Positions 1-13,100 of a stretch of DNA of 64,000 bases are shown in pieces. Source of the stretch: Marsupella aquatica (lineage: Eukaryota > Plantae > Marchantiophyta); the NCBI GenBank assembly GCA_973895155.1, contig OZ316896.1:6624166-6688165 (forward strand), in the 5' to 3' direction. A program made the position numbers and the translations under genes. A model generated the notes under the pieces. The model saw only the letters and a program-made list of their open reading frames with translations. It was not told the DNA's origin and did not search any database. The first letter of the stretch is position 1. Each line of letters begins with the position of its first letter.

Positions 1-850
1 TTGTGGAGGCTGATTGGAGGTTGAACTCATGACTCTTTTGGTGTGCCTAGGGTGATCATAGTGGTGTGTAACAGCATACTTCAGGCTAGGTGGAAGTATG
101 GTTTACAGGAGACATTCAAGCTTCGAGGCGGACATCAAGTGGCAGAGTATTTTTTGTATGGCTCTCATCATGTGACCCAGGTAGGTTTGTAGCATTGCAT
201 GTTTTGTTTAATAATTACACTTTGTATGGATTTTATTAGTTGTGAAGTGGCCTAATGTCCTTTCAATTCAATAGTTGAGCCCCCCTCTTCACCCTTTCTT
301 GAGATGAACATTTTACTCTTGGTTGCTAGACAAACTTGGGAGAGTTTACGAATTATTTTATAATCAATAGCAAGCTCAACTTGTTGACAACACTTGAAAT
401 ACAGGTTTGCCTTCTTTCTCTTATCTCCTTCTGGTCCAGAAGTGTGATTGCTAATATATTTTGTGATAAACCTATTTCAAACATTTGTTCAATTCCAAGA
501 TTTCACTTTAGTCCATTGGTTTGTGATAATTGTTTCTAGATAAAAGAAAGTGAAAAGTTCTAATTTGCAACATCTGATATTCAGATCTAAACTTAGTGAA
601 CTATTTGACCTGAAAATTGGAGTTTCATATTTTACTTGTAAATACTTTTTCAAATCTTGACAACTGAAAAGATGTAAATATTGATACTCTATCTAAGGAA
701 CTTTACTACAAAGAAAGGCATAAGAAGACTTTAGATTGAGAGTTATTTCCTTTTGAAATTTCTTTTCCATATAGAAATAGCAAAAGCAAGATCAACATTT
801 GATACTACTCTTAACATAACATTGTCTTTACGTTAAAAATTAAGAAGATC

Positions 851-1048
851 ACAAGTTAAGGCATCTTGGTGCCCACATCCGGAAGGTTGGTGTACTGTTT
901 GACCCCAATTGTAACTTTAAAATTAATAAGGTTACAAGTTAAGGCATTCTGGTGCACACATCCGCAAGGGTCTGTGTACTGTTTGACCCCAATTATAACT
1001 TTGAATTTGATAAGGTTATGAGTTAAGATATTAAGGTGCACACATCCT
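851..1048. repeat. Tandem repeat, ~85-bp unit, ~2.3 copies
   Basis: The unit acaagttaaggcat..ggtgc.cacatcc...tgtactgtttgaccccaatt.taacttt recurs at ~851 and ~934, and partially at ~1020. Confidence 0.8.
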
Positions 1049-1176
1049 TAAGTAGGCTTAGCGTTATTGGGATTGGATTAAGACAAAATTGTCATATCAA
1101 TATATTTTTAACTCACAATTTGGAGCTAAGTTTGAGGTCCAACTTTAATACTAGATTTCCTCAGCTTTTCTCTATC

Positions 1177-1704
1177 CGGGGTACACAACATCATCAGTTA
1201 TCTCAAAAATTTTAGAATCTCAGCTGAGGAGTTGAGATGGGGCCTTCGAACTTCTGCTCAACTCAGCTGGGCAGCCGAGGTTGATTCAATCTTGGCTGAC
1301 CTCGCCAAGATGGGCGTACGGACCGAAAAAAATCCAAAAAAAAAACACCAAAAAATTTCCAAATTTTTTTTTTCCCCATCTCAGCTGGCCTTGCCAAGAT
1401 GGGACGTACGGACCGAAAAAAATGTGGAAAAAAAAACCCAAAAATTTGAAAAAAAAATTTTGAAAAAAATTCAATTTTTTTTCCCATCTCGGCTGGGCTC
1501 GCTGAGATAGGTGTCCGTACGGTATGGACGCCTCATGGCGAAAAAAAATTTCCTTCAAATTTTCAAGAAAAATTCAAGAATTTTTTTCCTTCATTTTTTT
1601 CCTTTTTCTCATCGCAACTTGGCGGCCTCTCTGAGATGAGGTGACAGCTGATATCAGGTACACTAATGAAAGTGACTGATAACTGATGAGATTACTTATC
1701 TCCC
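1177..1704. mobile_element. Putative non-autonomous DNA transposon (MITE-like)
   Basis: Inverted repeat TCATCAGTTATC (1191-1202) / GATAACTGATGA (1678-1689). Internal repeats gccaagatggg(a)cgtacggaccgaaaaaaat occur twice, with A/T tracts. TCTATC is directly repeated on both flanks. The ORFs here are low-complexity artefacts. Confidence 0.45.
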
Positions 1705-4185
1705 TCTATCTGGTAGAGAATGTTTAGCCCATTTGGTTGAGTAGAACAAAAATGATTTTTTTTAGAGATCCATGTTGATTTTGGCTTGAACTTAGTTGAC
1801 CCACATTACTGGCCCATATTTAATAATTACTCTTTCCCAGTTTTTGAGTGACAACTAGCATAGATTTGACATGCGTTATACTTCTCACACACATTACTAT
1901 TCTTGCATGGGCTTCCATTCTTGCACACATGGCAATTTTTACACAAGAGACTTTATTGTGCATCAACCCACGTTGCATAACTCTCATCATTGATCAACAA
2001 ACATCAATAGTTAAGACTAGCTTGTTATCTTATTTTATTACCCAAAGTACTATCCAAGTTTTTGTTTAAATTTGGCATCAAAGAATGTGTATCATTCTTG
2101 CAAATGAACACAACATTTTCTTCACAGTTGCCACACGAGTGTCTTGAATGGTCACACCAGTGATATGACACGTTGCACAATCTCCACCTTTGATAAGTAA
2201 AATCCAACGGATAAGAATGAATGGATGACATGGAATTTCTCTGAATTTATAAATTTGCAAGAGTCTCTAACTGGACCCATAAAGACTGCACACTCACAGC
2301 CTAGTCATCCAGACATTCACCATGCCAGTTTGTTCAAGCTCGAAGGTCCTCCACCATTCCAAACAAATCAGCCGAGCCTCACCCTTCCTCGAGTTTTCTG
2401 TTCTCCATAGTAGTTTGTTCGTCTCTAGCATGCCCAAGCTCTTTGACTTCCACCGTTCCCCTCAATTCACCTGAGAACCTCCTGATGCCACCATCGGCCT
2501 CCGCTCTCTGATCTCCCTTGCCTCACACAAAAATACTCAAACACACAACACAATGCCCACGCAATGAAAAACAACTTCCCCCAACACACGACTCCACGCG
2601 CGCATGATCAATTCAATAATGCCCCTTGTGGACCGTGATTGTTCAAAGCTCTCCATGTGTCGCTCCCACAAAATTTCACCCTAAACCCCATTCAAATTTG
2701 GTTAACTCCTACTTTCATTTATTCTTCTTTTCTCTTTAGCTCAAAACTCAATCTTCACTTAAACCCTTTTCCCCTCTACCAGAGTTAAGCCAATTCTCCA
2801 AAAGTTGTTTCAAGGCAAGTTGCCCCAAATCAGCAGAGCTCACTCCACTCATAAGCTTATTTTCCCGATGACACCATTGTTCCTCCACCCCCCTCTGGTT
2901 GTTCCTTTGCCCCCTTTTCTCCCCGCTTCTCTCCGGTTGAAGTCTTTGGACCCCCTTGATTGCCCCCTGACCTTCCCTCCTGTCCAGTTGGTGTCCTTCC
3001 TGGAGGCCCTCTTTGTTGTGCCCTGGTGGATCCTCCTGTTTTGCCCCCTTCTGTCAATTCCTCATGAGCCCTTTTGCCATGCCTTTCCACTACCCTGTGA
3101 GCTACCCTCAAATACTGACCCTCCAGAGGCTGCCCCTTTCTTTGGCTTCATCCACCCTATCCCAACCCCTCCTGTTGTTTCCCCTTTTAGGATCGCCATG
3201 TCTCTTCTTCCCCCTTGTCTTAGAAACATCTTTTGGTCCCCCTCCCTCTAGATGGACACCCCTTGCACTTCCCCCTCCTTATCCCTCCATCATCCCCCAG
3301 TCTTTTGACTCAACCACCCTCTCCCTTCTATTTCTGTAGATGAAGTGCCTCAATTGGTTGCGATTGGGCCAATGTGGTGCTCAAGCCTGGGCCCTTTGGA
3401 CTCATTGTCTGTCAAGGGTCCAGGCAGCTCCATCCAAGCCCTGTCGATTCTCATGCATTAAGCATTTGCTCTCACTGCATGAACTAAACTTCATTGCACT
3501 TAGGCCCAAGAGGAGTTTTTGCTCAAACCCTCAAAACAAACAATCCTTCAGGGGGTCACAATCCTTCAGGGGGTCTGGGGGGGGTCCACCCTGAGCCCGG
3601 CCTTTGTTGTGACCCAACTAGCTCATAACACCAGTTCAAGTCCCTTATGCACAACCCTAGCTCGAGATTGCCTTTGCTAGAGTAAGGCTTCCTTGCTCTC
3701 AAGTCTTTCCCATACTTAATGCCTTCGAGATGGCCATCCTAGTGCTTGGACCATAGACAAACTCGACGTTGGAGTAAGCAATGCTGGAGCTAAGTGGTGG
3801 AGTAATCAAGTTTTGAAACGTTTGGTCTCTTGCTTCATTGTGGATCTCCACCCCATTTTCTTTGACTACATCATGGACGTTGAGGCTAGATTTTTCTCCT
3901 TTCAGGTTCAGCTTTGTTATGCCCCAATCTCTACTGCCTGAGGCTGTTCAGGCCATTGTTCCAAATTTTGTGGAGGTGATTTTAGACAGTCCAAATTGTG
4001 TTAGTAGATGATTTCTCACCGCATGCATAGACAAATCCTTTCTAGCTTGCTCATTGATGCAGCTTTGGACTTGGTTTGGGTTTGTCTACATTCCAGTGCG
4101 GAAGTTGGTTCTGGAGCTTGGCTTTTGGCCAGTCCTTGGTGGGCACCCTTTTGTTTGTGCTCCTTCATCTTTACCACGTCTTTGA

Positions 4186-4275
4186 GATCAGATCAGATCA
4201 GATCAGATCAGATCAGATCAGATCAGATCAGATCAGATCAAATCAAATCAAATCAAATCAAATCAAATCAAATCA
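4186..4275. repeat. Compound pentanucleotide microsatellite (GATCA)11(AATCA)7, probably an expanded LINE 3' tail
   Basis: Read directly. It abuts a LINE 3' end whose paralogue at 29601 has only (ATCAA)3. Confidence 0.9.
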
Positions 4276-4915
4276 AATAAAAAATTCAATCAAATTCTAA
4301 GCTTCAAAACAACCCAAAGAGTGAAGGGAGCTGTCAGTGGCAAGATGTGAGCTCATGTGAGGACCTTTGCTTCCTCATCGTGTGACCAAACTAAAGGGCC
4401 TAGAGAGTCTCTAAAACTTCAATAGCCTTATCTCTCTTGCTACCAATCGCCATGATATATAGTGCCCAAGCTGCCTTGGAGGTAGTGTAAACAAAGCATA
4501 TAAATTTTGAGCTAATATATGTGTACTACTCTCACCTCATGGTACACTCTATAAGCTATGAACACATGGTATTAATTCTCAATACTAAGACTATCACATA
4601 GTTTACAAGTCCTCTGCTGTCTCTCAATACCACTCCACCTCTTCTACTGCCAAATGATGAGAACTCAGTCTATCTCTAGCTATGATTTTTTCTTAATTGC
4701 AAAGAGATAGGAGCACTAAGTACCCTTGCTCTTCATACAACTGCATTGGAGTCACATCCCTCAAGTAGTGTTGTAGCCTAGGACTAGGATCTGCCCACAA
4801 CTTCTTGATGGCTTGAGCTTGCAATGCCTTTCTTAGTGCCTTTGGAGGCCCTTACCGTTTATCATTTAGTAATCCCCATGCTTCTGCCCACCTAATCACA
4901 TCAGCATATCAACAG
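4276..4915 (-). mobile_element. Degenerate 3' fragment of a non-L1 LINE (RTE/L2-like)
   Basis: The minus strand gives RLSSHHLAVE..., then a degenerate CxxC...E..H motif typical of the RT C-terminal domain of these LINEs. The 3' UTR (gtgaggacct...cttcctcat...accaaac.aaagg.cctagagagtctctaaaa) is shared with 29601-29765. Confidence 0.6.
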
Positions 4916-5459
4916 GAACCTGTACCATGAATGTTTTGAAGTTTTGAGCCCACATTTTAGCGAAAGGTAACACTTGATCGGGTTCCTTACAACAACTAAA
5001 TGCAGTCACTTCTCCACCAAATATACATAAACCATCGAGTGGGTCCAACCATACACTGGCTGCTGATACGAAACACACTCGAAATGTTACTTATCTTAAA
5101 AATATCATCGGAATTGGAACTGTATTCTATAATATCGCTAGGCGCTAACAAAAAACAAACCAAGATTTCTAGCCCATTGCAATAAACTTATTGCAAAAAT
5201 ACCTACAAGTGTAAGAGTTTAGATGAGAAGAATTCCATTCCCAGAATGTTAAGAAACGGAAATTTTGGTTTCAAACACAAGTACTTTAAAGAATCCATCC
5301 GGCCCATGAAATGAAAGAGATTCACTCAGAACGGGACAAACTTATGCTAGCGTCGGGCGCTAGCCATATATATTAACCAAATGTGATCGTTGAAAAGAAA
5401 TGAAACATTGCAATGCGACAAATGAGGTTGGAGCCGTTCAACGTTACTAAATCTCTAGT

Positions 5460-8400
5460 CTATAAGTTTAGAGAATTCTGCCTAGCTAGAATGAGCCTCA
5501 CCTCACCTACAGTCAAAATTGGCTGACTAGCCAAAGTTGAATCCACGACATCTAGTTTGAGGACGTTGGTATAAACCCAATATAGATGCTTGCAAGGCAT
5601 GAAAGGCCGTCCATGAGAATGGCGACGATAGAAGTCCTCACAAGAACAGCAGGGGAAAATACAAATCTGCACCCAGTAAGTGTTTGTCGTACGAAGTTTC
5701 TCTTGGGTCTGGATCTGAAATTGTTTGCCCCAAGAGTTTCCGATTGAAACATCAAACTGTTGAATAAGTGTCATCAGCTCGTTGTTTGCAGATTCAATTC
5801 TTTTGTTGTGTCCTTGTGAAAGATTTGAACGTGGGACTGTATTTTTACCATTCCTACTCTGAAGGCAGATATTTGGCTCCAGGAGATTGATTTTCTCAGG
5901 GAAAACATTCACATTGATTCGCAAGTCAAATGGAGATGGAGGAGCCTGACGTCCGGCCTCTGGATTGATCGCAATCCCTTGCTGAGATAGGAATTGGACC
6001 TCAGCTTCCGAAAGATTTGTGCCCTTCAAAACGGGCAGGGTATGAGGAAACGGGGGAAGATTCACCACATTACGACGGGGCCGACTCTTATGGCATGCAT
6101 TATTGGGACAGAACCAAATCATCTCAGGATGTGGTTCTCCCCTGAACATGCGGTGTCCTTTGACAACAATGCCAACTACACCATCCGTTGACGGGTAACC
6201 AACCTTTTTCAGACAATTTCGACACTCATCTCGCTCCGATTTACCACCAAGAGATCCATTACATTGAGGCCCTGCACCATGTTTCGTCACTCTTTGCAGG
6301 TGCCAAGCACCTGGTCGCACATCTGTCTCCAACACAGATGAGTCATGGACAACCCTTTGGAGGTTCGGAGGTGCACTTTGCGGTGCTACAGAAGACCTTG
6401 TCACCCTCCTCCACGGTGGAGTACTCCACTGACAGCCTTCTTCGATTTCGCTTTCCGATAGATCCACAACGCCAATGTTATCGTGAACAGGTCCCTCTAC
6501 ATTCAGGGAGAATTCGATCTTGTTTAAGTTTTTCCTCTTCATGCCTCGAGTATTGGGTGATGTTACAAGAATAGTGTCATGCCGATGGGAGTCTTGTGCC
6601 GAGATGTTCCCAGAGGCCTGACCTTTCCTCTTCACAGACTTTGTTGTAACATCCCCATTGAGTGGACCACTCCTTTCCAGGTCGAATTCAGCCGCACCGG
6701 AAAGAAGCATATTGGAAGCATCTTGGAAAAGTTTTGAAGAACCTGCCTGGTCCGCCGAACGGAATGCCAATTCCCAAATTGTAGGTCCGGTTCCTCGGTG
6801 AAGACCTCTCTTATACGCCGTATATGCTGCAACTTGTGAGACACCCCTGTTTTGGTCCATCTCACATGCTTCGAATAGGCCAGCCTTTTTCTTAGTTTGC
6901 CAAGCCTTCATTATGGAATGCGCCGCCTCTGAAGTAGTACAGTTAGGAATCATAGCGCTTTCCTCCACGCTTTTGTTCTGCATCCACCATAGGAGCAGAG
7001 TTTAGGAAATATGACTTAGCCACATGTACATAAAATCAATGACAGCGCCTGGCGCTAGCAACATTCAAACTATATTTTTGCAAAATTTAAGAAACAAGTG
7101 GTCCATTAATACTAGCACCGGGCGCTAGTATCAAAAACAAGATAATGATGAACGAAACCTACGAGACCACACTAACTGAAAATAATGGTAGCGCCAAGCG
7201 CTAGTATGAGTTTGAGTGGTTACTGGATGTTGAAACTCACCAAACAAATGAAATTTCCCCATTGACGCCATCGGACCACCCACCACGCCAACCAACCTTG
7301 GAGCATTCGAAGCTTCCCTGGAACACAATTCCTAGATCTCCACCATACATCGATATCCCTTGAAATTCTGTACGCTCCAAGAAATGTGGACGCGTTCCTT
7401 AAAGAGTCCCACATCTTCCGATGCTCATCTCGTTTTTCTTCCAATACACCTTCAATCGAGTGATGATGAAACGATTGATAGAAGTGAAACGCATCCGATC
7501 GCTCCTTTTCTGGGTTAGGATGTCCTCCGAAAAATACATTCTGAACAGCATTCCACCCAGCTTGGGCATTGTCAGCCATGAATCCATGGATTACAACATT
7601 ATCCAACCCATTTTCATGGCAAACCTCAATCATCAATTTCCAGGCTTTCTCTAGAGACTCTGAATCTTCTGCTTTCAACTCACATGTGAAAATTGTGCAA
7701 AGAGCACGATAATTGTGATCATAAACATGTGCACTAAAATTTATCCAATCTTTTGTCATCCTCCTCATCACATCAAAACTGACCCATGCCCCTTCCAATG
7801 GACCTCCAGGCTGCATTTGGCGCAACAAATCAACTCCAGATCCGTGCCCTTTTACAGTCATTTTGAAAATATGTGGCCTATCCTCTTTACAGCCTTGACC
7901 TGGGAGCATGTAACATTGTAGAAAGGGAAAGATTATGCATTTCTGCATTTCAACAAGAAACTCCAACTCACCTTTGCCTTTTTGGTCTTGCCGAACGCTT
8001 CGAAAAAGAGATGCAAACTTTTGAGGGGTCGAAACTACCATTAACGACTCCCAAATTTCTCTTTCCTCCAATTCACCAATGTCATTGTTGGACACACAAA
8101 GAGCCTTCCTTAAAGATCCAGTTATAGCGTTCTTCAGACCCGATGGTGTGGCACACGGCGTAGCTTCATGTTGTTTCTTTATGAAGTTGTGAGCAATCTT
8201 TTCAGCACCACGAGAAAAAACTTTTCGACTGGGATGAGCATGAGTTCCGACATGCACAGCAAGACAGGACATATGCTTACAAGTATCCGCATCTAGAAGT
8301 AGTTGAGGGTACATATAAAAAAGCATTGCAGGACATGCTTCAGTACAAAAGGGTAATCGTTGGCAATAGTGACAAACTACGCCACCCTCGTCAATCATCT

Positions 8401-9259
8401 TTCCTACGGTATGTGGCCCCGCGAGTTTGGGTGTCCCATCCCAAGCTTTACAATTTCTTCGTTTCTTCCGCAAAAGATAATCACACTTCTGATTCTGACA
8501 TTCTAGTGCTCCTGTACACGTCACTTTACCAAATTCCCAGAACTTTTTCGGTTGTACATTCGCAGAGGTTGGAAATATTCGTGTCCAGAAGTAGCAGTCT
8601 TTCGGCCGATCCATGTCACGGAGTCTTGAACCTTTTGAAAGAAGACCTTCTGCGGGAGGCAATTCAAATACAACGTTTCCATTGTATTTGCTTGGGAGGC
8701 AATTCACCTGCTCATGCCTGAAATCACATGTTTGGATGAATCGCGATAGTTCACTATGGCCAGTTGATTTGAGAATAGCATCCATCACGCTTTGATGATA
8801 GACAATACCTCCCGCAACACCCCCCACAATGTGTGTCTCCGCAACACCCCCTGCAACGTGTGTCTCGGAAGGAAACTGACCTTCCATCTTGACCGAAGTT
8901 CCCGGATTGGGCAATTTTTGCGAATGAATGGCAACATCCTCCTCATCACTATCGGAAAGGTGAATGACGGGAACCGGATGAATTTCATTCGTAACGGAAT
9001 TATCTCAAAGATTGATATAGTATCTCTTCCCAACGTTCAGTTGCCAAAATCTGACTCCATCGTCGATATCAAACAATGCGTCACCAGCCTCATCTCCAGA
9101 AGCATCAACAGGTTTGATGGAAAGAATGTCATTGATGCCAATGTCAAATCTTCCACAAAGATAGTTCTCACTAACCTGTTTGTACGTATCGGAAGAACCT
9201 AAAGGAATGCGTACAATCTCTCCAGTTCCAGAACGCAGAAGCACAACTGAATTAGACAT
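5460..9259 (-). pseudogene. MULE-type DDE transposase with N-terminal Cys/His (GCM/WRKY-like) region and C-terminal SWIM zinc finger; join(9259..7241,6977..5460), one premature stop
   Basis: Catalytic motifs VSFDVM, FMADNAQA, DAFH (C/DxxH) and TTSEAAH. SWIM motif CSCEDF..CKH. A phase-0 GT-AG intron (7240-6978) joins the two long ORFs. ORF 9005..9286 is in frame with 7220..8914 across a single TGA at 9007-9005. Confidence 0.85.
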
Positions 9260-10159
9260 TGCGGAACAATAATCCCGAATTGACAAACAGAGAAAATGAG
9301 AGAATAGGAGAACATAACCCGACTTAAGTTAAGTGAATTTGTAACAAACTCCAGAAGATTATCGTTTGTGAATGACAAAACTGGTACTAGTCGTAAAATG
9401 TAGAAACATAAATATCGTTTGTCGTTTTGCCAACATCACTACGTACTGGTAACATCAATAATATAGTTTGAGAAACACGGTCAGATATTTACTAGCGCCC
9501 GACGCTACCATAAATATGTCACGGAATTAAAACCCAAAACCAAACTTCATATGCTAGCGCCAGGTGCTATCATTAATCCACATCCAATTAATGGTGCAAA
9601 ACTCTATTAATTTTATTGGAATAACATCAATGTCAAAATACATTGAGTTTGTTTTATATAATTGTTGTTTGTAGGAAATATACACGTATAAAATATAGTT
9701 AGCGCCGGGCGCTGACATAATTTCATGGCTAACATCAGTGTTAATGATGTTATTCTGGTGGTTTTTGAATGCTAGCGCCTGGCGCTAGTATCGAAAGGAA
9801 TGACTTGTATTATCCCAACGGTTATATCTAACGGTAAAGTGCATGAACGTACTCATTGTTTCACGCTTTTTGCAGTTGACTTCCTTAACAATAGCCTACG
9901 GATCATCACTCCTGCCTTACCCCACTTAAAAAGAGGCGTTACATGATATACTCATTCTAAACAGTATCGGCCACTTGTCCTTGTCATGATTGGTGAGTGA
10001 CATCCTTTCCTTCCGCATCGATCTACCTCCCATGATGTCAACCGCCCAAGTTTTAAAGGTTTCCTGGTTGTTCTTTTTGTACGGTAATCTGTTCAGAGCG
10101 TGAGAATAGACACTGGCTCTGTGTTGTACAAGCACCTTTGCAAACTTTGGGGCTCCACG

Positions 10160-13100
10160 ATGCAACCTTCAAGCGCTCCAAGCTCTCCAAGAGGGTATAC
10201 CACGGTTCCGGAGGGAGATCAGGGTCATTGCGAGAGTACACAATCTTCATTCTCTGGGGCATTCTATTCGCGTCATGTTACAAGATCAAGCGGAGCGATT
10301 CCTTCGTCGAACACAACACTCCCGAGCCAGAAGCCAAGAAGGGGCAGAATGGAGACTGATGGCATGACCGATTACGCTTTGGGAGAGGGCAACGAGGTAG
10401 GACTTGGAATGAATGAAGTCATCTCCAAACACATTATGTCGTTTGGGAAAGATTTCCGGGGTAATGAGAAGGAACCTCCACGGATTCCGCTTTGTCGCCT
10501 GGTCCACATGGAGGTTGTTCGGACGTTACAGAAGGAGAGTGCATCAATTGAGAAATTGAAAGACTCATTCCGAAGTAGTGGATACAATCCCAGGATAGGA
10601 ATGCGGTTTTTTGTACAACCGACCGATTCGGATGGTGTGGAGAAAATCTGCACTGAAGAGATCAGGGGGAGTTGGGATCCAATTTGGGTTGCTGAGAACG
10701 AGAAGTTTGAGCTGGAGTGCGAGGCAGATCCTGCCTTTATGATCTTGAAAGACAAAATGTTCTCAGTGTTCGACGGGAATCATCGACTTTACTCGTGGAC
10801 GATGGTCACTAAGGAAAATCTTGACAACGTCAAGTATCATCCCAGAGTTCTCTGCACAATTTTCAAGGGTGACAAAGCTTCACAAATTCAGATTGAGGCG
10901 GCTATGCACACTGTGAACCAGTACGTTTTTTTGCCCTAGCTTGTAATTAACGATTTCCGCAATACTTGTTGATTACATAAATATAGTGTTTATGGAGTGT
11001 TTATAAAATAATACAGTGTTTATAGGATAATTGAGTGTTTAAGTTAAGCTAGCGCCCGACGCTAATAATTGAAAACCTGACCTATTGCAGGTTAGGGCAG
11101 GCCGTTGTTGAACCGTCGTGGATCCTTGACGCAGACAGAATCCGAAGGATTCTTTCTCACGATCTAGAGCACTACAAGTCTATCATTGACAGCGCCAATT
11201 ATGCAAAGTTTGAGTATATCAAACAGAAGACTCGAAAACATTCTTGGTACACAAGAAAAATGCCTCTAGAAGCTCTAGTCTGTATTTTATGCGAAAACAA
11301 AATCAAAGCTTACACTAACCAGTTCAAGATGGACATGGCACTGGCAGCAAGTCAAGGCAATCCTTGGTCGGCTGATGACATCACAAAGCGGCAATCGCTC
11401 ATGTTGAAAGAATCTACTAAAGATTGGTCCACAAAAACGTCCAAAATCACTCCTCTTCTTAGTCCTGAGTTTGAAGATTTTCTAGGTACCTGTGCAGAGA
11501 TGTATGTTTTGACAGAGAAAAACAAGCGAGAGAAAAAACCAGATTCGGTTGTTTGCACTATGGACCGTGCCAGACTCTTCACTGCAGTTTCGGCGCTTGA
11601 TCCAAAATTGAGGTGTACATTGCTCGTTGCTCACTGTACTCCAGAGTTGAGAAAACAATTCTTCCACCCTTCGAGTGTGAACGATGATCCAGTGAAGCAA
11701 TGGTGCCACACATGGCAAACATGGAATACCGTCGAGGGAATTGCAATTGGGATGCTACACTCGGCAATTTCCGCAACGATTGAAATGCTACCGGTTGATA
11801 GGCTTGCCCAGTCAGGGTGTGACTCGGTAGAAAATCTGATTGAAGTAATTTCAAGTGAATTCCGAAGGTATGGGGATCTTGTGAAGGCAAAGTTCTTCAA
11901 CACCTTGTGGCCATCAAAATACCCTGATAAAGAGGTATATACCGAGAAAAATCAGAAGAGGGCCAAGAGGTATTTGTATCGTTTCTACATTTGGATGGAA
12001 ATTCATTCCCCGGATGCTCTTTGGTCGTATCCAGCCGCATTTCACAAGTGGATTATTGTAAAGGAGGGAGATCTTGTTTGTGACTTATACTCGATGTATC
12101 CTGCCGAGGGTAAACTACCCCCAAGGGAAATGTCCGATTGGGAAAGAATTCACTGCCCATGGTACCTTGACACAGACAAGTGGGATTCACCCTTTGATGA
12201 AGTGGAGAAGGATTGGTTTCTGAAACTTGCAAAGTCGTAGATCCTTCCCAACATTGTTTCTGAGATGAGGCAAGGTCTCCTTAGCGACATCGATAAATCT
12301 TCTACGGAGTTACAGACAATCTGTGAGACAGTAGTTGTCCATGTAGATAGGAGCCGCAAGCCACGAGGGAAAGTTAAAATAGACACTACAGTGCCAAGTG
12401 CCTCCACGCGATCCGGAAAGAAACGTAAGTTTTCAATCTTTTATCAAATGTTTGCTAGCGCCTGGCGCTGCCATTCTTGTGATTCAATCTTCATCAGTGT
12501 TTGCTTGAAGGCCCTAATCCCACATTCTTTGCAATATGTCCATAGGTCAAAAGAAGTCAGATGTAGATGGCACAGATGATACGAAGGTTACTCCAGAAGC
12601 TTCAGAAGCAAATACTGGCGCTTTGCCAGATCCACTTACACCAGTTAATTCTGGGAAATCGATTGTCCCAGTCGATGCGACGAGTACAAAAAAGAAAAGC
12701 AGAAGGACTCGAGATGCTGGACAATCAGAACGGGATTCTCAAGCTGCCACTGGGCTCCAACGTGATGTTGGGGATTTTAAAGCCAAGTTGTCTCGTCATT
12801 GTTTCGTTGAGACCAGTGTCAGTGAACTTGTGGACAGTGTGTTTAATAAGGAGGAGAAGCCAGAATGGGTAAATGATGCCGAAAAGTGGGGGAAAGACCT
12901 GATCAAATCTGGATGCCGGCTGAAAGGAGTGGTGAGGGGTGGGAAGCAAAGACCTTTTGGTGTTGACGCTGGTTTTATTTACTTGCCAACTGGACTAAAA
13001 CCGACTTTGCTTGACAGAAAGGTCCCTAAATGGAACGTCCCCGACTGTACCCTAGCCCGATCCTTTTTCCGGGCAATGGATCCTTTTTTGTCGGATGATA

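Noticed and set aside
1232-1558. K/F-rich ORFs on both strands
   Set aside because: Artefacts of poly-A/T tracts in a repeat element.
2805-3594. Pro/Leu-rich ORFs
   Set aside because: CT-rich low-complexity sequence, probably decayed TE; no domain.
9926-10262. Two short minus-strand ORFs in the divergent spacer that read somewhat protein-like
   Set aside because: They need a frameshift to join, overlap the ParB gene start in antisense, and show no motif.
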